Below, in pieces: positions 9,191-18,452 of a DNA stretch of 35,212 nt. The notes beneath the pieces were generated by a model. That model ran no database searches. It was not told the origin of the DNA and was given only the letters and a program-made list of their open reading frames with translations. A program made the position numbers and the translations under genes. Origin of the DNA: Nitrososphaerota archaeon (GTDB lineage: Archaea > Iainarchaeota > Iainarchaeia > Iainarchaeales > VGJJ01); the NCBI GenBank assembly GCA_020053155.1, contig JAGVNS010000158.1, forward strand, positions 1 to 35,212, written 5' to 3'. Every line of letters starts with the position of its first letter. The first letter of the stretch is position 1.

Positions 9191-10786
9191 ATGAAAAACG
9201 ATATTCCGGTTTGGGTGTGGGTACTCATTATTGGCCTGCCCTTGCTTTCTTCCCTGCCCATTTTGGGGGGATATCTAGCCAGCAGTCCCCCGGAACGCGT
9301 ATTCATGGGATTTGATTTCATTGACGATTTTCACTATTATGGGAATTACATCCATTCGTATGAAAACAATCCGTTGGATTTTTTTATTCTTAACCGCTCC
9401 ACATCCGAAAATCAGGATGGGCGTTTCTTTTTTCCTTATTTTTGGATTACGGGATTGGTGAGCACGGGAGTGGGGGTGGCGCTCGCCCTTGCATTCATGC
9501 GCATCCTCACGGGGATTATTCTCCTTTTCTTGGTATGGAAAATTTTGGAATACTTTTTTCCAGAACCCTTCTGGAGAAAAACAGCTTTTGTGTTAGCGTG
9601 TTTGGGAGCAGGTTTTGGGTGGATTACACACGTTTTAGGAATTTTCATTCCTGCGCTGGGAAAATTGTATTCCACCGACCTAACCTACTCGTTGGGGTAT
9701 AGTTTGTTCGGGTACTTGAGCTTCCCCCTCGCCATCGCGGGAGAGGCGTTATTTTTAGCCGGTCTCCTTTCTCTTTTTTTATTTTTGGAAAAAAAAGACA
9801 AAAAATACGCGTTTTTTTTCGGTCTGTCATTAATAGGAATTTTTTTTACCCATCCCGTGAGCGCCGTTACTTTTTTTCCCGTGTTTTTAGGAGGTGCGTT
9901 GTTATATTTAGTCCAAAATCCTTCGCATAAAGAGATTTTATCATTCAAAAATGTCGGGTTGGCATTTGCGGGAGCCCTGGTCCTCATTGGAATGTACGTA
10001 TGGTGGGCGTTACAGGACCCCGTTTTTCAATCGGTTTTCTTTTCGTATGGGCTTTGGCAACGAAGCGAAAGCCCCTTCTGGTGGATTTTGGGGTATGGGC
10101 TCATTCTCCTCTTTGCCCTATTGGGAGTGCGAACCCTGCAAATCGAAAACAAGCATGCGCGGGCATTCTTTTGGGCATGGTTATTGGTCATTCTCGTGCT
10201 GAGTTTGAATCCATGGAAGGGACTGCGCTTCCAGCATGCGCTTTTCATTCCATTGGTGATTCTGGCAACCTCTGGTATTCGGAGCGCATGGGATTGGATT
10301 CAAAAAAGCCCATATTCATCATGGGTCAAAACCCGGAACGCATGGGTGGGATTGATTTTAGTGATTATGGTCCCTGGAGTATTGTTCACGCTCGCCAACC
10401 ATATAAAGGACGTGCAGAATCCTTCCTTTCACAGCGGACCTTTTTTGTCACAGGAACAGATTGACGCACTAGAATTTTTAGAGGGTCAACGACCCGGAAT
10501 CGTTTTGTCCAATTACAAACTAGGGAACAATTTGATTTGGATGACTTCACATTATGCGTACTTAGGTCACTGGAATCAAACAACGGATAGGGAAGAAAAG
10601 ACTCTAAATGTGGAATCGTTTTTCAATGGAAAGATGACCACAACGCAAGCCATTTCATTTATTGCCACTGAAAAAATAAATTACATTCTGCGCGAGGGAA
10701 CGGAAACCATCCCCCCCCAACTTAATGGAGTGGAACGCATTTATCAGAACGGGACCCTTTTCATATATCGGGTGGCCGCGCCGTGA
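9191..10786 (+). CDS. Multi-pass membrane GT-C-like protein with an extracytoplasmic C-terminal domain
   Basis: Acidic DFIDDFHYY motif after TM1, about 11-13 TM segments, an HP motif, RF late in the membrane region, and a C-terminal alpha/beta domain ending KINYIL...IYQNGTLFIYRV. Confidence 0.7.
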   Translation: MKNDIPVWVWVLIIGLPLLSSLPILGGYLASSPPERVFMGFDFIDDFHYYGNYIHSYENNPLDFFILNRSTSENQDGRFFFPYFWITGLVSTGVGVALALAFMRILTGIILLFLVWKILEYFFPEPFWRKTAFVLACLGAGFGWITHVLGIFIPALGKLYSTDLTYSLGYSLFGYLSFPLAIAGEALFLAGLLSLFLFLEKKDKKYAFFFGLSLIGIFFTHPVSAVTFFPVFLGGALLYLVQNPSHKEILSFKNVGLAFAGALVLIGMYVWWALQDPVFQSVFFSYGLWQRSESPFWWILGYGLILLFALLGVRTLQIENKHARAFFWAWLLVILVLSLNPWKGLRFQHALFIPLVILATSGIRSAWDWIQKSPYSSWVKTRNAWVGLILVIMVPGVLFTLANHIKDVQNPSFHSGPFLSQEQIDALEFLEGQRPGIVLSNYKLGNNLIWMTSHYAYLGHWNQTTDREEKTLNVESFFNGKMTTTQAISFIATEKINYILREGTETIPPQLNGVERIYQNGTLFIYRVAAP

Positions 10787-11748
10787 ATTTCATAGTATCA
10801 TTTTTATCCAATCGAATCGTGCGCGCGGCCCTCGCCATTATTTTGATTGGGGGGGTTATTGTGTTGGCGAACCCCCTTGAATCCTTACCCGTTATTCTGG
10901 AGGCAGGACCCGCGTTACTGCTCTGGTTAGTGGGGGGATTCATTGGAATCATTATTGTCAATGCGTTAAGTGTGTGGTGGGTCTTGGGATTGAGGCATGG
11001 CATTTCACTCATTCGTATTTTGCGTCATTATGCGTGCAGTTGGAGCACTGAGTTCTATTTTCCTGGCAAATTAGGAATGTTTTCCCTGACCTACTTTCTA
11101 AAAAAAGAGAACGTGGAAGTGGGGGAAAGCGTGGCGGCTATTTTATTGATTAAAATGACCATGCTGATATGGCTATTCGCGTTGAGTTTGCTGGCGGTGG
11201 GAAATCTCCTAACCGCAAACGATTTTTTACTCTATTTAGGGACGCTTGTCATTGTCATTGGGGGGTTGGGAATCCTTTTTTTGACGGAGGGAGGGAGACA
11301 TTTTGTTCGGTATACCATCCTTGGGAAACATGCGGCTCACTTTGTTGGGTTTTCGAAGCTGGTTAAAACCGTTATTCAGCGCCCCACCCAATGGATGGGG
11401 TTGTTTATCCTCGTCTTTTTGAGCATTTTAATGAATGGAATCATGGTTCAAGGATTGTTTGCCGAGGTGGGATACCCACTCGATTTACTGACCATATTGG
11501 GGGTTGTTTCCTCTACCATTTTAGTGGGATTAATTCCACTCACCCTCAACGGGTTAGGCGTCAAAGAGGGTGCATTGATCGTACTCATGAGCTTGCATGG
11601 CGTTCCAACGGAAATCGCCGCGAGTGTAGGGTTGTTGAGTACCGCTACGGGGTACGTAATGTCCCTCCTCATTATGGCGTTCGTTTTGAAAGAAATTCCA
11701 TCTGTCCTTTTGAAAGGAGAAATGCCTCATGCGCGTCGCCCTGCTTAG
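10783..11748 (+). CDS. Lysylphosphatidylglycerol-synthase-TM / UPF0104 flippase-like membrane protein
   Basis: FPGKLG and LIPLTLNGLGVKEG motifs, about 8 TM segments, GTG start overlapping the upstream stop. Confidence 0.85.
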   Translation: MNFIVSFLSNRIVRAALAIILIGGVIVLANPLESLPVILEAGPALLLWLVGGFIGIIIVNALSVWWVLGLRHGISLIRILRHYACSWSTEFYFPGKLGMFSLTYFLKKENVEVGESVAAILLIKMTMLIWLFALSLLAVGNLLTANDFLLYLGTLVIVIGGLGILFLTEGGRHFVRYTILGKHAAHFVGFSKLVKTVIQRPTQWMGLFILVFLSILMNGIMVQGLFAEVGYPLDLLTILGVVSSTILVGLIPLTLNGLGVKEGALIVLMSLHGVPTEIAASVGLLSTATGYVMSLLIMAFVLKEIPSVLLKGEMPHARRPA

Positions 11749-12826
11749 CCCCCGCTCTCCGGTGTCGAACGCGGCCGGAATCGAGCAAAACATTCACCAC
11801 GTTTCGCACTATTTGAGCAAAAAGGGAGTAAATGTTGAGGTCTTTTGTACGACGTTTCACGCTCAACGAACGCTTACCCGGGATGGGATTTCCATTCATG
11901 AATTTCCAGCATTTGCACCTAAGGATAACTACTTTCTTTCCACCCCCCTCTATCACGCCCTGCGAAAATGGGAGGGGGGTATCGTCCATTGCAACGGCTA
12001 CAACAATTTAGTGAGCGTGGTGGGAATAATGGCCAAAAAAAAGAACCAAAAACTGGTGTTTACGCTGAACAGCAGTGGCTCCTCTTCCCGTCTACGAGAA
12101 TTACTCCACATTCCCCTCGCGTGGTTTTATCATTTCAATCGAAAAAAAATAGACCATTTGGTGTGCGTCTCAAAATGGGAGCATGAACGGCTCGCTCCCA
12201 CGTTTGGGTTGAATAAAAAGGATGTTTCCATCATTCCCAATGGCATTTCCTTATCGGAATTCAAAAAGAAAGGGAAACGAAAAAAAGGAAAAATTCTGAG
12301 CGTCGGGAGATTAGTCAAAAACAAGGGAATGCATCACCTCATCGCGGCATTTGCGCACGTTCAAAAAGAAATGCCCGAGGCCCAACTTCACATTGTGGGA
12401 GAGGGACCCCAACGTGAAGAATTGGAACAACAAGCCCACGCGTTGGGTTTGAAATCAAACGTGTTTTTCCATGGAAACATTGGTTTTGAGGAACGCGAAA
12501 CGCTGTTGGAACATTATCGCACGGCTTCCCTTTTTTCTCTGTTGACGGAATACGAGAGTCAGGGAATCGTTTTCGCGGAAGCCGCAGCGGCAGGGCTTCC
12601 CATGGCAATCCCAAACAAAGGAGTCATGCGCGAATATGTGGAAGCTGGCCTTGCTGAGGGAATTCAGGATGGGTTTAATTCGGAGGAAGTGAGTAGGGTG
12701 TTGGTTCGATTATTACGGAAAAAAAGGAGTGCCAAAAAGCCATCCCTAAAACCCCTCATTTGGGATTGGAAAGAAGTGGGAGCGGCCGTGCATCATTTAT
12801 ACCAAAAGCTCGAGAAGGAATCCTAG
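11729..12826 (+). CDS. Glycosyltransferase family 4
   Basis: AGIE, IIPNGI, SVGRLVKNKG, IVGEGP, ESQGIVFAE (E-x7-E). Confidence 0.93.
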   Translation: MRVALLSPRSPVSNAAGIEQNIHHVSHYLSKKGVNVEVFCTTFHAQRTLTRDGISIHEFPAFAPKDNYFLSTPLYHALRKWEGGIVHCNGYNNLVSVVGIMAKKKNQKLVFTLNSSGSSSRLRELLHIPLAWFYHFNRKKIDHLVCVSKWEHERLAPTFGLNKKDVSIIPNGISLSEFKKKGKRKKGKILSVGRLVKNKGMHHLIAAFAHVQKEMPEAQLHIVGEGPQREELEQQAHALGLKSNVFFHGNIGFEERETLLEHYRTASLFSLLTEYESQGIVFAEAAAAGLPMAIPNKGVMREYVEAGLAEGIQDGFNSEEVSRVLVRLLRKKRSAKKPSLKPLIWDWKEVGAAVHHLYQKLEKES

Positions 12827-13501
12827 ATGTCGCTCAAGAAAGGAGAGTACGCCCCCTTCGTGGAATTTGACCAAAAAATGTCGGCCAAGCTCAAACCTCA
12901 ATTGGAAGAATGGTTTGCATCCATGCGTGGGAAAAACGTCCTGGATATTGGATGTGGGAGCGGGGACGTGGGGGCATTGTTGAGAGGGCGAATGGACGTG
13001 TATGGGGTGGACGAGCAATCCCTTGCGTTGAAAGCCGCCCAAACAAAAGGAATCAAAACAAAATTATCCTCCATTGAAAAGAATCTCCCTTACCCTTCTT
13101 CTTTCTTCGACAACGTCATTTGCAAAGATGTATTTGAACACTTGGTGCACCCCCACGACCTACTCAGGGAAATTCATCGTGTGTTGAAGGGCGGGGGAAA
13201 ATTATACGCTCACGTTCCCAATCAGTTTACGCTGTTGGACCGGATTCAAATTTTTGGGGGGAGAAGCATGGTGGTAAAACGTTGGTTTGAAGGAAGCGAG
13301 GAATGGAACTTTCCCCATTTGCGTTTTTTTACTCATTCGGGGTTTAGGGAGTTCCTGGAGAGTAATGGGTTTGAAGTAGAGAAAGAGTATTCGAATATCT
13401 GGAGTTACTCAATAGGAGGGGGAATGAATACCCGCTCTTTAAGCGGATTGTCCCCCGGACTTTTTTCTCCCGGGTTCACGTTTACTTGCCGGAAGAAGTA
13501 G
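12827..13501 (+). CDS. Class I SAM-dependent methyltransferase
   Basis: VLDIGCGSG, LPYPSSFFD, VFEHL, RVLKGGG, VPN, HLRFFT; typical of methyltransferases in glycan loci. Confidence 0.92.
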   Translation: MSLKKGEYAPFVEFDQKMSAKLKPQLEEWFASMRGKNVLDIGCGSGDVGALLRGRMDVYGVDEQSLALKAAQTKGIKTKLSSIEKNLPYPSSFFDNVICKDVFEHLVHPHDLLREIHRVLKGGGKLYAHVPNQFTLLDRIQIFGGRSMVVKRWFEGSEEWNFPHLRFFTHSGFREFLESNGFEVEKEYSNIWSYSIGGGMNTRSLSGLSPGLFSPGFTFTCRKK

Positions 13502-15089
13502 CGGTTATTTCGGACGCAGGAATGACTTCCTTATTTTTGGGTTTAGAGGAATAGGGAGAAACGTTCTTGGCAATCATTCGGGGCAATCGGTCGAACACCA
13601 GGAATTTTCCAAGCGTAAAAAAGGATTTGGCATAATCCATTTTTCTGGAACTGCGGGCCATCTGGCGGAGTATCATTTTCATGGACGTAGAAGGGGTTAA
13701 TTGTTGCAAGGGAGAATTGAAGCGAATGTTATCCTCCGAAACCAGCTTGTCCAAATCCAGCGAGTGCTTTGCTACGACAAATTTGGTGGGCATTTTCCAT
13801 TCCGCTTCTTTGAAATAATGGTAATCCTCTTTTCCACTGGCAATCTCATCGTATATTTGGGAACCCGGGTAGGGGGTCATGAGCCCAAACGAAACGGTGG
13901 TGGGTTTTATTTTGGCAATCAGTTCCTGATTCATGCGAACGTCTTCCTGGGTTTCACCGGGGAGGTTGTACATCATGTTGGCAAACGTACGGATTCCCAA
14001 TTTATGGCAAATTTCAAATGCTTGGTGGATTTTCTCTACCTTACAATTCTTGTTCACCGCATCCAGCATGGCCTGGGAACCGGATTCCACTCCAAAATCG
14101 ATTTGAATGCAGCCCGCTTTTTGCATCCACGTCAACAATTCCTCATCCACTTTATCCACGCGCGTCTCTGCTCCCCAAACAAAGGGTATTTTTCGCTCAA
14201 TGAATTCCTTACAAATGTCAATGACGTGGGATTTCCAGACACAAAAATCGTCATCATAAAAATAAATCCCATCCACGTTGTATTTTTTGACCAATAACTC
14301 TACTTCATCTGCCACCGCTTTGGCGGAGCGAAAACGAATGGGTTTTTTGGTTTCATTGTATCGCCAAACGGAGGGAATGGCACAAAACGTGCAGTGTGCG
14401 GGACACCCGCGCGAGGCAAACACATACATGGATGCCAATGGGAAATAGCGAATGGCATAGGGATTAGGCTGCGTGTAGAAGGACATGTCCACTCGCTCAT
14501 AGGCGGGCATGGGTACGTTATCCAATGGTTCGATGAGGGGACGGAGGAGGGTTTTTTGAATATGGTCCTTTTCCCAAAATGAAATGCTTTGAATGGAATG
14601 AAACGCTTCTCCTTGTTTTTGGTCCAGAATGGCACGCGTCAATTCCCTAAAGGTTTCCTCTCCCTCCCCAACAACCACGTAATCAATGGGGCTGTTTTCA
14701 AAAATGAAATCTTCCGGGGCCAAGGATGAATGTTGTCCCCCCACGATTATTGTAGTGTTTATTTCAGATTTGATTCGTTTGGCAAAAGAGAGAGTGTAAT
14801 CCACTTCGTGCGTGAACGTTCCCATTCCCACCATGGTGGGGCGCATGTCTTTCAGCATTTCTATTATTTTTTCTTCTAACTCACGCGCTTTGGGGCTCTC
14901 TAGTTCAAGTATTTTCAAATCCTTGACTTTCAGGTCAATCAGTTCAACGGAAATTCCGTGCTTTTCAAGATAGGAACAAATGGTCATGAGTCCGAGGGGA
15001 GGTCTCGTACTGTGCGCCCGGCTTGGAAGGGAAATCAGACAAATGTCGGGGTGTTCATGAATCCTGTGGGATTTTTTTTCCTCAACCAT
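13482..15089 (-). CDS. Cobalamin-dependent radical SAM enzyme (class B methyltransferase type)
   Basis: PPLGLMTI, GGQHSS, GEGEET; SRGCPAHCTFC; FYDDDF, GVESG, PGET, PYPGS. Confidence 0.94.
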   Translation of the reverse strand: MVEEKKSHRIHEHPDICLISLPSRAHSTRPPLGLMTICSYLEKHGISVELIDLKVKDLKILELESPKARELEEKIIEMLKDMRPTMVGMGTFTHEVDYTLSFAKRIKSEINTTIIVGGQHSSLAPEDFIFENSPIDYVVVGEGEETFRELTRAILDQKQGEAFHSIQSISFWEKDHIQKTLLRPLIEPLDNVPMPAYERVDMSFYTQPNPYAIRYFPLASMYVFASRGCPAHCTFCAIPSVWRYNETKKPIRFRSAKAVADEVELLVKKYNVDGIYFYDDDFCVWKSHVIDICKEFIERKIPFVWGAETRVDKVDEELLTWMQKAGCIQIDFGVESGSQAMLDAVNKNCKVEKIHQAFEICHKLGIRTFANMMYNLPGETQEDVRMNQELIAKIKPTTVSFGLMTPYPGSQIYDEIASGKEDYHYFKEAEWKMPTKFVVAKHSLDLDKLVSEDNIRFNSPLQQLTPSTSMKMILRQMARSSRKMDYAKSFFTLGKFLVFDRLPRMIAKNVSPYSSKPKNKEVIPASEITATSSGK

Positions 15090-15113
15090 ATATGAATATC
15101 CCGCCTCACGCGC

Positions 15114-16139
15114 CTATAAAGAGTTTGAGTGTGTTGGGAGTACCTTTTCAAGCATGCTCCGTCGCCACGCGAGCAACTGCATTTCCTGAAGCTGGCGTTG
15201 CTGCTTGAGCATGGACCCGATAAGACCCATGATGGCAAACTGGAAACCCAAAAGGAGGCAGAGAACAGTGAAGACCGCGCTGGGAAGATATGGTTCAATG
15301 GCTCCCGTATTCAAAAATTGGGAAATGACGCGACTGCCCGAAAGGAGACCCACGAGGATAATAGCCCCTCCCATCGTGAAAAACGTACGCAGGGGATGGT
15401 ATCGAAGCATTCCTAATAGGAGCGTAGCGCTCGCGCGTCGGGCATAACTCCAGACCGAACCAAAGAGCCTATTTTCTCCATCCATTCGTTTTCGGAAAGT
15501 GATGGGAATCTCTTCGATGCAGAGATTTTTGTCTACCACCTCGAGAATGGTTTCCTGCGTATACGTAAAATTGGACAACACGTTTAATCGCAGGGCGGCA
15601 TCCCGCGTAAATGCGCGAAAACCCGTTTGACCATCGCTCACATTTGCACCCGAGACGAAATTAACGGCCCATGTCGCCATTTTGTTTCCCCAATATTTTC
15701 CAAAAGACATGTGCTCAATGTGTCCCAGGAAACGGGAACCCAGCACCATGTCTGCACGCTTGTGCAAAATGGGTTCAATCAAATGTGGAATTTGGGACTG
15801 GTCGTATTGATTGTCTCCATCCGTATTCACAATGACATCTGCCCCTAATTTGAGGGCGGTATCAATGCCCTTACGGAATGAATAGGCTAACCCTTGGCGG
15901 GAGGCATTGGAAATGATGAGCGCCCCTGCTTCCGTGGCTTTGGGGACGGTGCGGTCCACGCTTCCATCGTCAATGACAAGGGGAATAACCACATCCACCC
16001 CTCGCATCTCTCGGGGAATGCTTTCAATAACCGCCTTAATGGTGGCCTCTTCGTTATGGGCAGGAATCATTACCACTACTTTGACTCCCGATTTGGGTTT
16101 CAGTTCAGCTGCCAATTTTGCGGAGGTTCGAAGGACCAT
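15114..16139 (-). CDS. Glycosyltransferase family 2, polyprenyl-phosphate sugar synthase-like, with C-terminal TM helices
   Basis: IPAHNEE, DDGSVD, NTDGDNQY, GSRF, TGFRAF, two C-terminal TM helices. ATG 16139 is preferred over TTG 16157. Confidence 0.92.
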   Translation of the reverse strand: MVLRTSAKLAAELKPKSGVKVVVMIPAHNEEATIKAVIESIPREMRGVDVVIPLVIDDGSVDRTVPKATEAGALIISNASRQGLAYSFRKGIDTALKLGADVIVNTDGDNQYDQSQIPHLIEPILHKRADMVLGSRFLGHIEHMSFGKYWGNKMATWAVNFVSGANVSDGQTGFRAFTRDAALRLNVLSNFTYTQETILEVVDKNLCIEEIPITFRKRMDGENRLFGSVWSYARRASATLLLGMLRYHPLRTFFTMGGAIILVGLLSGSRVISQFLNTGAIEPYLPSAVFTVLCLLLGFQFAIMGLIGSMLKQQRQLQEMQLLAWRRSMLEKVLPTHSNSL

Positions 16140-16270
16140 ATACTTGGAATGGTCCAACGAGCATTAAAAAGAGCATCCCTCTCCTACACGGGTATTGCAA
16201 TCATTGTACCAATAGCCTATATAATCGCGTCAACCCAGCCTTTTTCAACCTATAGATGGGGTATTCCTGT

Positions 16271-17269
16271 ATGCGAATTCTAGTTACGGGAGGGTGTGGT
16301 TTCATTGGAAGTCATTACATTCGAAAGCACCTCCAAACGCATTCAGACGACCAAATCGTCAACCTGGACGCCCTCACGTATGCGGGAAGAAAGGAAAACC
16401 TGTTGGATGTGGAAAATAATTCCCACTACACGTTCATTCATGGAAATATCTGCGACCCCAACATGGTAAAAAAAGCCATGGGGGGGTGCGACCAAGTGGT
16501 TCATTTTGCGGCGGAGACGCAAGTGGATAAGGGGATTGAAGACCCGAGCATTTTTCTCAAAACCAACGTCATGGGAACATATACGTTACTTGAAGAGGCC
16601 CGAAAGCAAAACATCCAAAAATTTATTACAATCTCGACGGATGAAGTGTATGGTCACATTTTGGAGGGAAGCTTCACTGAAAAAAGCCTGCTCAATCCCC
16701 GCAATCCCTACGCGGCATCCAAAGTGGGGGGGGAGCGCTTGGCGTACAGTTATTCCCAAACCTATGGATTGGATGTCTCCATCACCCGATGCTCCAACAA
16801 TTACGGCCCCTACCAATACCCAGACAAGGTCATTCCCGTTTTTCTCATCCGCTTGTTGAGCGGGAAAAAAGTTCCATTGTATGGAGATGGACTTCATGTC
16901 CGGGACTGGTTATATGTTGAAGACCACTGTGCGGGTATCGAACGCGTGCGTGAACGTGGAAAAAAGGGGGAAGTATACAACATTGGCGGGGGAACCGAAA
17001 TGACTAATTTGGAGCTCACCAAAACACTGCTTGCTGCCGTAGGAAAAACAGAAAACGAAATAGAGTGGGTGGAAGATAGGCCTGGGCATGATAGGCGGTA
17101 CAGCTTAGACATTACCAAAATAGCGAATGAATTAGGATACAAGCCTCACTATCCCTTCAAGGAAGGATTGGCCTACACCATTGAGTGGTACAAAAAGAAT
17201 GAAGGATGGTGGATGCCCCTCCTCAACGAAAAAGCATCGTTTGCTACCAACTGGAAAAAGGTGCAATAA
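16271..17269 (+). CDS. rfbB: dTDP-glucose 4,6-dehydratase
   Basis: ILVTGGCGFIGS, DALTYAG, STDEVYG, YAASK, CSNNYGP, RDWLYVEDH, DRPGHDRRY. Confidence 0.95.
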   Translation: MRILVTGGCGFIGSHYIRKHLQTHSDDQIVNLDALTYAGRKENLLDVENNSHYTFIHGNICDPNMVKKAMGGCDQVVHFAAETQVDKGIEDPSIFLKTNVMGTYTLLEEARKQNIQKFITISTDEVYGHILEGSFTEKSLLNPRNPYAASKVGGERLAYSYSQTYGLDVSITRCSNNYGPYQYPDKVIPVFLIRLLSGKKVPLYGDGLHVRDWLYVEDHCAGIERVRERGKKGEVYNIGGGTEMTNLELTKTLLAAVGKTENEIEWVEDRPGHDRRYSLDITKIANELGYKPHYPFKEGLAYTIEWYKKNEGWWMPLLNEKASFATNWKKVQ

Positions 17270-18039
17270 TGATGAAAGGAATCATTCTGGCAGGGGGGCA
17301 AGGAACCCGACTTCGACCGTTGACTAAAGTCACAAACAAGCACTTGTTGCCCATCTACAAGTGGCCCATGATATACTACCCCTTGCACACCCTCATTGAT
17401 GCGGGAATAAAGGAAATACTCATCATTTCGGGACAGGACACCCTGCCCGAGCTCATTGATTTGCTTGGAGACGGAAACGATTTTGGGGTGGACCTAACGT
17501 ATAGGGTACAAATGGTTCCCGGGGGAATTCCCCACGCCATTGCAGTCGCTGAAAAGTTTGTGGGAACGGACAAGTTTCTTTCCATCCATGGGGACAACAT
17601 CATCCTGGACAGCGTCCAAAGCCATGTGGAATTGTTCAAGAAAGGAAAAGAGGAATGCCGATTGGTTTTAGTGGAAACAACCCCCGAAGCGGCCCAAAAA
17701 TCGGGTGTGGTAGAATTCGATGCCAAAGGAAACGTAAAAGGATTCGTTGAAAAATCACCCAATCCCCCCAGTCAGTGGGTCGTGACCGGGCTCTACATGT
17801 TAACCCCTGCCGTGTTTGACCTCATCCGCACATTCAAACCCAGTGGGAGGGGAGAAATAGAATCAACCGATTTGTACAACGCGTTTCTGCAGCGCAAAAC
17901 CCTTGCCGTAAGCAAACTCAAAGATGGATGGATTGACGCGGGGACGTTTGACGATTTGGTCACGACCAACCGGTACATGCAGGAACACTTCGAAAAAAGC
18001 GTCTTTGCACCCTATGCGGCAAAGTATTCCAAAGGATAA
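17269..18039 (+). CDS. rfbA: Glucose-1-phosphate thymidylyltransferase (short form)
   Basis: KGIILAGGQGTRLRPLT..NKHLLPIY, GDN, EKS, VTGLY, SGRGE, WIDAGT. Start ATG 17269 or 17272 at the rfbB stop. Confidence 0.88.
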   Translation: MMKGIILAGGQGTRLRPLTKVTNKHLLPIYKWPMIYYPLHTLIDAGIKEILIISGQDTLPELIDLLGDGNDFGVDLTYRVQMVPGGIPHAIAVAEKFVGTDKFLSIHGDNIILDSVQSHVELFKKGKEECRLVLVETTPEAAQKSGVVEFDAKGNVKGFVEKSPNPPSQWVVTGLYMLTPAVFDLIRTFKPSGRGEIESTDLYNAFLQRKTLAVSKLKDGWIDAGTFDDLVTTNRYMQEHFEKSVFAPYAAKYSKG

Positions 18040-18053
18040 AAACGAGGAACAGC

Positions 18054-18452
18054 ATGAAAATCTTCGTCATTGGCCCCGTAGCCCCATACAAAGGGGGAAT
18101 TTCCCATTCTGGAACGCAGATGTGTCAAAATCTGGCAAAAAAACACGATGTAACCGCCATCTCATTCACACGGATGTATCCTAAACTCCTGTTCAAGGAT
18201 TCCCCTTACGAAAAAGACGCTAAGGAAAACCACCATTTCAAAACCGTCACCATGATTGATGCACTCAATCCATTTACGTGGCATGACACGGTCCAGTTTA
18301 TCAAAAAGGAAAAACCAGACCGCGTGATTTTCCAGTGGTGGACCACCTACCTCACGGCGTGCTTTTGGTACATTGAAAAACGAATCAAAAAACACACGAG
18401 GACAGGGGTCATTTTGCAGAACGTTTTTCCCCACATGGGGGATGATGAATGA
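18054..18452 (+). CDS. Glycosyltransferase family 4, N-terminal portion of a split gene
   Basis: IGPVAPYKGGISH, RMYPKLLF, LNPFTW, FQWW, NVFPH: the first ~130 aa of a GT4, ending at TGA 18450-18452. Confidence 0.8.
   Translation: MKIFVIGPVAPYKGGISHSGTQMCQNLAKKHDVTAISFTRMYPKLLFKDSPYEKDAKENHHFKTVTMIDALNPFTWHDTVQFIKKEKPDRVIFQWWTTYLTACFWYIEKRIKKHTRTGVILQNVFPHMGDDE

Noticed and set aside
13701..14297. 198-aa antisense ORF and the many other 60-180 aa overlapping ORFs in the track
   Set aside because: They are shadows of well-supported genes and contain no recognisable motifs.
1950..16733. G/C homopolymers of 7-8 nt in glycan genes (e.g. 1950-1957, 2613-2620, 16726-16733) as phase-variation switches
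   Set aside because: All are in frame, and such runs occur throughout the window, including non-surface genes.
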